From a virus: 64,000 nucleotides of DNA. The translations under genes were made by a program, and so were the position numbers. Numbering within the stretch: position 1 is the first letter of the stretch; each line of letters begins with the position of its first letter. The stretch spans positions 57,429 to 121,428 of IMG/VR virus record IMGVR_UViG_3300032282_006516, one strand, 5' to 3'. The notes beneath the pieces were generated by a model that was not told where the DNA came from, did not search any database, and saw nothing but the letters and a program-made list of their open reading frames with translations. This document shows positions 8,347 through 16,196 of this stretch, piece after piece.

Positions 8347-9876
8347 TCACATCCCCTTGTTGTTCTCATCAATGCTCGACGCGAGCTTCGAGAGAAGCGC
8401 GCGTGCGGCAGCCGTCTTCACACTGGCCGAAGCGATCTTCGGACCGGCGTTGGACGTATTGTCAAACGCCACCTGCAGCGTCTTGTCGTGAGCCGCCTGC
8501 AGCGCGGGCTCGGCAAAGTACTGCGCGAGGTCCTGCTTGCGGTTCGCGTACGCCTGGCCCTTGGAGTACGCACGCGCCGCATCGGCGCTGCCCACGAGGT
8601 GGGTCGGACCCTGCGGGGCACCACCGACCGGCGTACCGCCCGGCTCACCCGCCATGTTCGTGTCCGGAGGAACCGCAGGCCCCGCCGAAATCTGCGCCGG
8701 GTTGATAGCGTCTTCAGCCTGCTTCACACGCGCCGTCATGTACGCCACGAGGTCGTGCACGCCCGCCGCCTTGGATTCCTCCGACGACTCCGACGTGTGC
8801 GACTTCTTCTTATCGTAGAGCTTCTTGGCTCCGTAGGCAGCACCGACAAGTCCTGCCCCGGCGCCGCCAGCAATCAGCGCCTTCACAGCCGGGCGAAGAC
8901 CCGCGGGAACCGGACCCGGAAGGCGTTTCGGGGCACTGCCTTCCTTCTTGCCGTGGTTTTCCGGCTCGCTGGCGTGCGCGTGCTCGAAGTGCTCCAGGCC
9001 CTTACGAACCTGCTTGATACCCTCGTCCTCTTCCTTCTCCGCCTTCTCAACAGCCTCCGCTGCGAGCTTCTGACGGATGAGGCTGAGTGCGCTCGCCTTC
9101 TTGCCGTAGTTCGACTCCATCATCTCCTGATGAAGCTGCGGAGCATCGTCGATGGTGTTCGCCATCAGCGTGCCGCCATGCTCCTGGGGCATCGCCTTCT
9201 GCGTACCCGGGTGCATCGTAACGACATGAACGCCCTGGCCCTTGTGGTCCGGGAGCGGCGTCGACGACGTTGCCTGCATCACGCCCGGGGGCGATTCCTG
9301 CAGGTGCTCCGTCAGGTTGTACGGCCCCGCCATATCGGCAGCCGACTTCGACAGCTCAACCGCGATGAAATCAAGAGCGCTCGCGAGCTTCTCGACGTGC
9401 GCCGACTTCATGCCCATGCCGCAGGAGCACTTCTCCTTGCCGCACTTCTCGCACTTCTTGTCCTCGTCCTTCTCGTCATCGGACGCGAGCTTCGCGCGCT
9501 GAAAGCGGGCCTCATCCGAAACGCGGACGCGTGCGGCGGACTCCACCATTGCGGCTTTCACCAGGTCCTGCAGTACCGGACGACCTGCCAACTTTCCCAT
9601 GAGCTTCTCTCCTACAGCGGCGCTCTTCGGCAACATCTGAGCGCCCATCGGGGGCAACGATTTCTGTTCGGTAGCCCCCGCATCGGCTTGAGGCGGGGCT
9701 CCTGTGTTCACTCGGGAGTAGTTCTGCCGCGGAGACATTCCATTCGGCCCGCGCCTCCCTGGTGCGCGTGTGGGTTCAATGCTGGGAGTCGGAACCGGGG
9801 CAGGGGCGGTTGCACCTGTGGAAGACATCCCCACGTCATCCGCGGCGAGCTTCCAATTCAGTGCAACCGACCCCAT
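8347..9876 (-). CDS. Putative scaffold/internal head protein rich in K-x-A motifs (509 aa)
   Basis: RBS GAGGAG; low-complexity charged segments; many KLAS/KSAA/KTAA/KQAE/KIAS motifs. Confidence 0.65.
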   Translation of the reverse strand: MGSVALNWKLAADDVGMSSTGATAPAPVPTPSIEPTRAPGRRGPNGMSPRQNYSRVNTGAPPQADAGATEQKSLPPMGAQMLPKSAAVGEKLMGKLAGRPVLQDLVKAAMVESAARVRVSDEARFQRAKLASDDEKDEDKKCEKCGKEKCSCGMGMKSAHVEKLASALDFIAVELSKSAADMAGPYNLTEHLQESPPGVMQATSSTPLPDHKGQGVHVVTMHPGTQKAMPQEHGGTLMANTIDDAPQLHQEMMESNYGKKASALSLIRQKLAAEAVEKAEKEEDEGIKQVRKGLEHFEHAHASEPENHGKKEGSAPKRLPGPVPAGLRPAVKALIAGGAGAGLVGAAYGAKKLYDKKKSHTSESSEESKAAGVHDLVAYMTARVKQAEDAINPAQISAGPAVPPDTNMAGEPGGTPVGGAPQGPTHLVGSADAARAYSKGQAYANRKQDLAQYFAEPALQAAHDKTLQVAFDNTSNAGPKIASASVKTAAARALLSKLASSIDENNKGM

Positions 9877-9891
9877 GCTCCTATCGACTCC

Positions 9892-10827
9892 TCAGGCCCA
9901 CTGAACCGGATAACCGGCCAGCTCCAGAAGCTCCAGCGCGCGAACACCGACCGCCGTATCGAGGTCGGCCGCCGCTGCGACCTTCTCGCTCTCGCCGGGG
10001 CCGAGCGTCAATACCGCCGCGATCTTCGACGCTGCCTCATCGGGGTCAAAACCGCCCTCGTAGGCCACGTAGACCGCGTTCTCCGCAGCCAGCGCGTCGA
10101 TGGCGGAAGACTTCTTCTCCTTCTCATCCTCGAACGTACCGGAGTGTACAGAATGGTGAGCGCCGGCCATTCCCTTGGTGTAGCCCTGCTGGACTTTACC
10201 CTTCAAAGCGCCGTATCCGGCGCCCAGCGCTCCACCCACGGCCGCGCCACGCGCGCCGTGCCGAAGCGCGCTTTGGATGGCGGCTTCGGGGTTCGCGTGG
10301 GCCTTGTGCATCTCCTTCAGAGCGCCCAGTGCCATACCCGTCATAGCACCACCCACGCCCGAACGAAGTGCCTCAATCTTGGTGTGATGGCGCCCAAGAC
10401 GCTCGCCCACACGGTGCAGCAGCGGGGCCTTGTGCTCTTCGTGCGACTCGCTCTCTTCCGCGATCTTGCGCATCTCCTGCACGTACGAGTGGGCCATCAC
10501 GCGACCAAGGAAATCGGCCTCGGCGACCTTCTCGGCCTTCTCCGCCTTTTCCTGTTTGGCCGACTCGTGCTCCTTCTTGGCCTCCTCGACGACGGCCTCG
10601 CGGCGCTCCTCTTCCTTCTCGTCCTCGTGGCCCTCGGCCGCCGCCTTGACCCAGGTGTCGTAAAGACCCTGAACCTGCGCGTCCGGAAGCGCATTCAGGT
10701 CGATGCCCTCCTCGCTCGCGAGCTTGAGGAAAAGCTCAACCGACGCCTGCTTCTCGTAATCCTCCTGCGCAGAGGAGGCGGTCTTCGTGGTGCCGTAGTA
10801 CTCGGCAAGAAACTGGTCCATGGCCAT
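9892..10827 (-). CDS. Putative internal head protein with glycine zipper and K-x-A motifs (~311 aa)
   Basis: GGAGG RBS before MAMDQF; KTASS, KQAS, KLAS, KVAE, KIAE; GAAVGGALGAG. Confidence 0.7.
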   Translation of the reverse strand: MAMDQFLAEYYGTTKTASSAQEDYEKQASVELFLKLASEEGIDLNALPDAQVQGLYDTWVKAAAEGHEDEKEEERREAVVEEAKKEHESAKQEKAEKAEKVAEADFLGRVMAHSYVQEMRKIAEESESHEEHKAPLLHRVGERLGRHHTKIEALRSGVGGAMTGMALGALKEMHKAHANPEAAIQSALRHGARGAAVGGALGAGYGALKGKVQQGYTKGMAGAHHSVHSGTFEDEKEKKSSAIDALAAENAVYVAYEGGFDPDEAASKIAAVLTLGPGESEKVAAAADLDTAVGVRALELLELAGYPVQWA

Positions 10828-10856
10828 GTGAATGTCCTCCAGCAATCCTTGGTTCT

Positions 10857-12587
10857 CTAAGCCGGCGTGTTCCCCGAGAGGAAGCCTCTCTGCACGATGG
10901 CGTTTGGTGACGTCACGCCGACTTCATCCCAAAAGGCCTGCTTGAAGTAGCACACCGAAAGCGGGGTGAAGACGGAGTCAACTGAGGCCGAAGCAATCTT
11001 GTGCAGATGCCCGCTGGGTTCGGGCGCTGCCGAAGCTACCAAATCTTGGGCGTGAGCAACAAGGTTCATTAGGTCGGCACGGTAAGCGTTGTACGCAGCC
11101 CCTATCTTATGCAGCAGCCCAGAAGAATGGGAAGAAGATGCTGCGCTCTTTTCGGTTGGCGTTGCCGAGATAATGACGACCCGTTTCTCAATCGACGGGC
11201 CGAAACCCGACCGAGCGCCCATCATCGGAGCCAGCATGCGGGCAAGAAGTGGCGAGAAGAACTGTGGTCCCATCGGCAGAGGCAAGGAGTCTTCAACCCG
11301 AGGGAATACCATGTTCTCCGCATCCAGTCGGTCTGCGAGCGGACGCTGCCCCATCTGAATGAGGATGACGCGCTGGAACTCACGGGGGCGAAGAACCATA
11401 CCCAGCGCTGACGGAGTCGAAAGCGCGCTCTCTAGCGGAGAGGCCCCAAGAGCATCAAGCAAGCTGTCGGGAAGATCGGGTTCATTACGCGTCAGCGCGG
11501 GAACCGCCTTCCCCGCAAACTGCGAAGGCACTACATCCTTCGTAATCTCACTGCTCTTCGACTTGGCGTCTTTACCGAAGAACGCCAGCTTCAAGGCTTC
11601 CTCCGATACCGACGCAACCTTCTCGTACGTACCTTCGGGTGCAAGAGCCGAGAACAGCTCTGAGTCGCCCTCTGCGTACCCGAGCTTCTCTGCCAGCTCC
11701 GCACTCGGCAGGCTCCACATCCGCCCATCGCCTGCAATCTTCATCATGGTCTTCGCCGTCTTGTCGGCGCCGATGAAGACGAAGCTGATGTCGAAAAACT
11801 TGGGGTAGTCGTTGTAGACGAACACTTTCCGCCCATCGGGAAGGATGCGGTTCATCTGCTTCTTGGCGTGGTCACAGTAATCCGCCCGCGTGATGGACAC
11901 GCCGCGAATACCCTTGCCGTTCTTCTTCTGAAGTTCTTTGTGGTAGCGAAGAACCGCGTCGCCCGGAGTCTTGTCTTTACCCGGAACGAACATGGCCTGG
12001 GCCTTACGGTAGGTGTCCCAGTCGAGGCAGATAGAGCAGGTGTCGTAGGGGACTTTGCAGCCCATGCTGACATCGGGATACTGCCCAGCCTTCAGCTTGT
12101 CCCAAACACCCGTGCCACCGAACTTCTGGCACTTGTCTTCGTCGACACGCGCAACCAGCTCAACCCGCTTCATGCGCGGGTTCCAGGCAGCCAGCTCTAC
12201 TTCACCGAAAGCCCGCGTCGCGTCCTTGTTGCGGTGGTGCGCGTACGGGTGAGCGAAGTAGAACGTCGGAAAGCCGTAGCCCCAGTTCTCGGCCTTCGGC
12301 TTGTCGAGAAGAGGATTGCCCGTCCAGTCATTAGGGCAGTGAATCAGCGAGGCTTCCGGAAAGTGGTCACCGTTGATGTTCGAGCCCCAGTACTCTCCAG
12401 CGCCCATGGCGTTGAGAAGAACGTACTGAGCATCCGGGCGAGGACGGAGCGCCGAGATGTAACGAGACACCTCGGGCAAGAGAAGCGGGGCTGCCGTCTT
12501 CTCGAACTCGCGGTCTGCAGGACCGAACAGGGGAAACGCGTGCGTCCCCTGTTCGTCCTCGCCCTGGAAGAAAGCAACTTTGAGCAC
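10857..12587 (-). CDS. Prohead (capsid maturation) protease, HK97/herpes-assemblin-like fold, with Cys-rich insert and long C-terminal extension (576 aa)
   Basis: Motif order matches Caudovirales prohead proteases: N-x-NGDxF, His in AHHRNK, GEV, VSMG (candidate catalytic Ser), DISFV..GAD; CSIC...CDH insert; located in the head operon. Confidence 0.75.
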   Translation of the reverse strand: MLKVAFFQGEDEQGTHAFPLFGPADREFEKTAAPLLLPEVSRYISALRPRPDAQYVLLNAMGAGEYWGSNINGDHFPEASLIHCPNDWTGNPLLDKPKAENWGYGFPTFYFAHPYAHHRNKDATRAFGEVELAAWNPRMKRVELVARVDEDKCQKFGGTGVWDKLKAGQYPDVSMGCKVPYDTCSICLDWDTYRKAQAMFVPGKDKTPGDAVLRYHKELQKKNGKGIRGVSITRADYCDHAKKQMNRILPDGRKVFVYNDYPKFFDISFVFIGADKTAKTMMKIAGDGRMWSLPSAELAEKLGYAEGDSELFSALAPEGTYEKVASVSEEALKLAFFGKDAKSKSSEITKDVVPSQFAGKAVPALTRNEPDLPDSLLDALGASPLESALSTPSALGMVLRPREFQRVILIQMGQRPLADRLDAENMVFPRVEDSLPLPMGPQFFSPLLARMLAPMMGARSGFGPSIEKRVVIISATPTEKSAASSSHSSGLLHKIGAAYNAYRADLMNLVAHAQDLVASAAPEPSGHLHKIASASVDSVFTPLSVCYFKQAFWDEVGVTSPNAIVQRGFLSGNTPA

Positions 12588-12595
12588 GATGCCTC

Positions 12596-13108
12596 TTACG
12601 GCCTGCGGCCACTGCTACCGCCACCGCGCGCAGCGCTGAAGGCTCCACGAAGAACTTCCATGCCCAAGGGATCGCGCGCCTTGTCCCGATAGTTCAACGC
12701 CTCTACCGCGCGGTAGCCCGCGTGTTGCGGCTCGGAGACCATCTGGCGCAGATACCCACCAGCAACTATGGGGTCACGAGAGAAAGCCGGGTTCAACGTG
12801 CGCAACGTCGAAAACATCTGGTTGAACGAACGCGGGTCTTCCTGGTGCTTCTCAGCAAGGTCAGGGTTGAACGCGAGCATGTTCTTGAAGTCGCGTGTCT
12901 TGGTCGCGGCATCGTAGAGCTTTTGCGCTCCAAGCGCGGCCAGTGCCACCCCCGCCGTGCCGGCAATACCCAACGCCGCGTTCGCAGCGCGCGAGCCCAG
13001 AACTTCCGGGTCCATGCCTTTACCGAGACCGGCGAGGAATCCCGTTCCAAAACCGGCGGCCTGCTTCTCCGTCAGGTACGCTTCCAGCGGGTTCTTCTCA
13101 GTAGCCAT
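12596..13108 (-). CDS. Putative virion protein with one hydrophobic Gly/Ala helix (170 aa; start MATEKNP)
   Basis: ATG overlaps the end of the upstream gene; EKQAA motif; LGIAGTAGVALAALG helix. Confidence 0.65.
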   Translation of the reverse strand: MATEKNPLEAYLTEKQAAGFGTGFLAGLGKGMDPEVLGSRAANAALGIAGTAGVALAALGAQKLYDAATKTRDFKNMLAFNPDLAEKHQEDPRSFNQMFSTLRTLNPAFSRDPIVAGGYLRQMVSEPQHAGYRAVEALNYRDKARDPLGMEVLRGAFSAARGGGSSGRRP

Positions 13109-14327
13109 ACTCACCGCCCATCTGCGGATTCGCCGCCATGTAGTCGGCTTCGAGGTTCTGCTGTGTGCCCGGCACGTTGCGAAGAAAAAGATTGCCAGCG
13201 CCGCGAATGGCACGCGCCGGAAGACTTGGGCTGTGTTTCAGGTAACGGTAGCCCTCAAGACCCGCCAATCCGAGTGCGATGTTGGGCGCGTGCGTGATGA
13301 GGCCCTTGGCGACGCTACCCGCGCCTTCACCCAAGGCCTTAGCGACTAAAGGGCCGGTGGCTTCTCCCGCGCGCGAGCTGAGACGGGTAACCCCCCGGTA
13401 AGCACGACCGGCAAGACTCGGCGATGCCGCCGTCTTGAGGTACTCCTGAAGATGACCAGCCTGCTCCATCAGCTCCGCACGAACCTCGCGGGCCTCGGCC
13501 AGTTTGGACAGCGTGTCGCAGAAGTCGCCAAACTCCACAACCAACGGATGTGCCGGATTGACGACCTTGGCCGACGCCGTCTTGTCCACCGATGAAGTCA
13601 TGTGCTCGACGTTGTAAAACACCCCGTCTTGAAGAAGGCGCGGCGTAACAAGCGAGAAAGCAACCTTCACATGGTCTTCGCTCGGAGCGACCGACTCCCA
13701 CGCCTGCATGACCTCGCCGAGCGTGACGCCCGACAGAGCAGCCTGCTTCACCTGGTGGTACACGCGGTCCGACAGGTCGGAGTAGAGAATCTCCAGCCCG
13801 CTGATTTCTGACCGAAGGTGCTCTGCTGCCCCGGCCAGCTTGTCCTTGAGGTCCATGACCTCGCTGTGCGGGTTCTCGAAAGGGAGGTCGGCTTCAGCGG
13901 TCTTGTCGAGCAGCTCGAAAAGCTCTTGCTCGGCCTTGCTCGAAGAAACCTTGGCCTCGGGCGGAGGGGCGTCGTAGTCCCCCGTACCGCGGTCGTACAC
14001 CGACCCGCCACCGCCGTCGTTTAGGTCCTGCAGAATGGCGCTGGGGTCCGCCGGGCCACCCGGAAAGTCGACCACGTGATGCGGCGCGCCTTCCTTGCGG
14101 AACTCGTCGAGGTAGGCCGAGGTGTTGGCAAACTCCACCACCCGCCGAACTTGCTCCGGCGAGAGCTGCGCCTGCTTGACCGTCGACGTCACCGCATCCG
14201 TCAGCGTCTTGAAGTCGCCTTCACTCCAACGCGCCGCAGCGCGCTTGCCGAGCACCTCAAGGTACTCCCCAGAGTGTGCGTGCGAATTCATTTGCTGCAG
14301 CATGTTCTGCAGAGGAAGGTCCGACAT
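13098..14327 (-). CDS. Putative internal head protein with K-x-A motifs (409 aa)
   Basis: First gene of the head operon; RBS AAGGAG; KQAQ, KTAE, KQAA, KVAF, KTAS, KTAA. Confidence 0.7.
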   Translation of the reverse strand: MSDLPLQNMLQQMNSHAHSGEYLEVLGKRAAARWSEGDFKTLTDAVTSTVKQAQLSPEQVRRVVEFANTSAYLDEFRKEGAPHHVVDFPGGPADPSAILQDLNDGGGGSVYDRGTGDYDAPPPEAKVSSSKAEQELFELLDKTAEADLPFENPHSEVMDLKDKLAGAAEHLRSEISGLEILYSDLSDRVYHQVKQAALSGVTLGEVMQAWESVAPSEDHVKVAFSLVTPRLLQDGVFYNVEHMTSSVDKTASAKVVNPAHPLVVEFGDFCDTLSKLAEAREVRAELMEQAGHLQEYLKTAASPSLAGRAYRGVTRLSSRAGEATGPLVAKALGEGAGSVAKGLITHAPNIALGLAGLEGYRYLKHSPSLPARAIRGAGNLFLRNVPGTQQNLEADYMAANPQMGGEYGY

Positions 14328-14369
14328 CAGGCGCTCCTTTGCCTAAAAAAGTAACAGGAAGGCAAAACC

Positions 14370-15059
14370 ATGGGAAGAGAACTACCCCCCGGCTACGTCA
14401 CGAGGAGCGAAGCGGCCCACGAACTCAGCATCAGTGTCAGCACCCTTGCTCGCCTGGTGCAACGCGGCCTTCTGTCGCCGAAGCGGCTGGCAGGAGTGCG
14501 TGTCCCGGTGTTCAAGCTGGAAGAGGTGCATGCCGTAAAGAATCGAGGAAACCGAAGTGACTGGAACGAAGTGCAGAGTGTAGCACTCGCGGCCCTGTCG
14601 ACCGCAAAACGCGCCGAAGCACGTCTCAACGAAGTCTACGAGCACCGTGGGCTAGACGTCGAGCCTCTTGCGCGTACTCCCGATGCGATTCGCGCCCTCT
14701 ACACCGAGGTGCAGCTCCCTCTGGACTCGAAAGACCTCTGGGCGCCTGGTTGGCTCCGTCGTTGGGGTGGGGTGCTTTTCGCCCTCGATGAGCACTACCT
14801 AGAACTGGTTGAGCACCTCACCAACAACTCCGAACCGTGGAAGCCGTACCTGGACTTTGCCGCGAGTGTCATGCGCCTCGTACACGCCGAACAAGATGAA
14901 GCGTTGTCGCGTGCCGCCGCACGTTTTCGCGCCGGGCAGCGGCACCTCTACCATGTTGGTTACATGTACTGCCGACGCACGCAGGGAGTGCGCGTAGCCG
15001 GTGTTGTATTTGATGGCCGAGCCGGCGCTGTGGATGAGCTACTGGCCATTTTGGATTAG
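14370..15059 (+). CDS. Helix-turn-helix DNA-binding protein (excisionase/MerR-like N-terminus, 229 aa)
   Basis: YVTRSEAAHELSISVSTLARLVQRGLL...FKLEEV is an HTH_17-type pattern; divergent from the head operon. Confidence 0.7.
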   Translation: MGRELPPGYVTRSEAAHELSISVSTLARLVQRGLLSPKRLAGVRVPVFKLEEVHAVKNRGNRSDWNEVQSVALAALSTAKRAEARLNEVYEHRGLDVEPLARTPDAIRALYTEVQLPLDSKDLWAPGWLRRWGGVLFALDEHYLELVEHLTNNSEPWKPYLDFAASVMRLVHAEQDEALSRAAARFRAGQRHLYHVGYMYCRRTQGVRVAGVVFDGRAGAVDELLAILD

Positions 15060-15060
15060 G

Positions 15061-15087
15061 CAATTTTTGTCACTATTCGGAGATAAG
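15061..15087 (+). promoter_or_regulatory. Candidate phage promoter CAA-N19-ATAAG (copy 1)
   Basis: CAA 15061-63, ATAAG 15083-87; AT-rich; directly upstream of a + strand gene. Confidence 0.55.
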
Positions 15088-15091
15088 AATA

Positions 15092-15685
15092 GTGATGCAC
15101 AACATCCAAAACCCCTCGACCTCCACCTCCACCCTCACGGCCGTGCAGTACGACGCGGCGCTCGCGCTCGCGCTCGCGCACGGCCACAACTGGGCCCGAT
15201 GGGCCCATCCCGGCGCGGCCGCGTACGACGAGGCGATGGCGCCCGCGCTGGCGCGCGTCCAGTCTGAGCGCGCCGCGGGCGCGGTAACGCTCGCCGCCAT
15301 TAACGCGTGCGCCTGGAAGGCGCAAGACCTCGGCCTGGCGCTGCCCGGCATCGACGGGCCCTCGTTCGAGGGCCCGGCCGTCGCGCACACGACGGGAACC
15401 GGGCGCCTATACTGGCGCGTAGAGCCCCCGGGCACCGTCCTGATCCACGTGTGGAGGCCGGGCGGTGAGACCCCCTGCCTCGCCGCCATGGTGGTCGAGG
15501 GGCGCATGTTCCGATTCACACTCGGAACGGGCGCCGAAGGGCGCCACGTCGTGGCGCTCGACGTCGCGCTCCGCGCGCTCGGGGTGGCCGAAAAGGTCCG
15601 GCGAGCGCTGTACATGCTTGTTCGGGATGGGGGCGCGGTGCTGGCGGAGGCGGACGCCTACGCGGAGAATGGGGGTGCTCAATGA
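15092..15685 (+). CDS. Hypothetical early protein (197 aa)
   Basis: ORF follows the promoter-like element; ATGA overlap with the next gene. Confidence 0.6.
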   Translation: MMHNIQNPSTSTSTLTAVQYDAALALALAHGHNWARWAHPGAAAYDEAMAPALARVQSERAAGAVTLAAINACAWKAQDLGLALPGIDGPSFEGPAVAHTTGTGRLYWRVEPPGTVLIHVWRPGGETPCLAAMVVEGRMFRFTLGTGAEGRHVVALDVALRALGVAEKVRRALYMLVRDGGAVLAEADAYAENGGAQ

Positions 15686-15894
15686 GCCCCCCCACCAGCA
15701 AGAAAAACACGGCGTTCATTTTGGTGCGGGGGGACGAGCGCGCCCTCGTCTCCCGGGATGAGAAGGGATGGACCGTCCTGGCCTGGGACGAGGACGGTCA
15801 GGGCCGACGCACCACGGTGCTCGGCCCGAACGACGAGGACGCGCGGGCTGCAATTTGGAAGCTGCTGGAGCAAGGCTTCCGAAACGGCCTGTGA
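15682..15894 (+). CDS. Hypothetical protein (70 aa)
   Basis: ATGA coupling; globular composition. Confidence 0.6.
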   Translation: MSPPTSKKNTAFILVRGDERALVSRDEKGWTVLAWDEDGQGRRTTVLGPNDEDARAAIWKLLEQGFRNGL

Positions 15895-15901
15895 CCGACG
15901 C

Positions 15902-15930
15902 GAGAAGGGGGAGTCATTCTCTCCCTTCTC
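15902..15930 (+). terminator. Stem-loop after 15682..15894
   Basis: GAGAAGGGGGAG-TCATT-CTCTCCCTTCTC inverted repeat. Confidence 0.45.
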
Positions 15931-15936
15931 GCTAGG

Positions 15937-15963
15937 CAACTTTTTTCATTATTCGTGGATAAG
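15937..15963 (+). promoter_or_regulatory. Candidate phage promoter CAA-N19-ATAAG (copy 2)
   Basis: 15933-15966 matches 15057-15090 at 29 of 34 positions, without gaps. Confidence 0.55.
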
Positions 15964-15979
15964 AATGATGGAGGTAATC

Positions 15980-16144
15980 ATGTCTCAAAAAGATGAGCGG
16001 CCTGTGGTCGTAGAAGTAACCAGCGATGCGGAAGAGAAAGAACAACTGAAGGGATGGGTCTGTTCTTGCGGTTGCGGCTGCAAGCGCAGGCACTGGTCTC
16101 CGACGAGCGGTTACTGCGGGCACTGCCGCGCAGGAGACTGCTGA
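15980..16144 (+). CDS. Small Cys-rich protein (54 aa)
   Basis: GGAGG RBS; MSQKDERP...CSCGCGC...CGHC...C. Confidence 0.55.
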   Translation: MSQKDERPVVVEVTSDAEEKEQLKGWVCSCGCGCKRRHWSPTSGYCGHCRAGDC

Positions 16145-16164
16145 AAGTCCTCCCGAAAGGGGGC

Positions 16165-16194
16165 ACGCGGCCAACGCCGCGTTTCTTAGCCTCT
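16165..16194 (+). terminator. Intrinsic terminator with TTAGCCTCT tail
   Basis: ACGCGGC-CAAC-GCCGCGT then TTC-TTAGCCTCT; at the convergence of + early genes and the terminase gene. Confidence 0.6.
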
Positions 16195-16196
16195 AA

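Noticed and set aside
8296-10860. 854-aa plus-strand ORF and other long antisense ORFs (924..2237, 6219..7445, 38627..40204, 34805..35854, 51174..52373)
   Set aside because: Shadow frames of strongly biased GC-rich genes on the opposite strand; Arg/Leu/Val-rich text with no motifs or RBS.
14328-14369. Shared late-promoter motif (TTT.(C/T)TAG-like) upstream of minus-strand operons at 14327, 30247, 40174, 60549
   Set aside because: Too short and variable in spacing to separate from chance or from overlapping elements; needs motif-discovery statistics.
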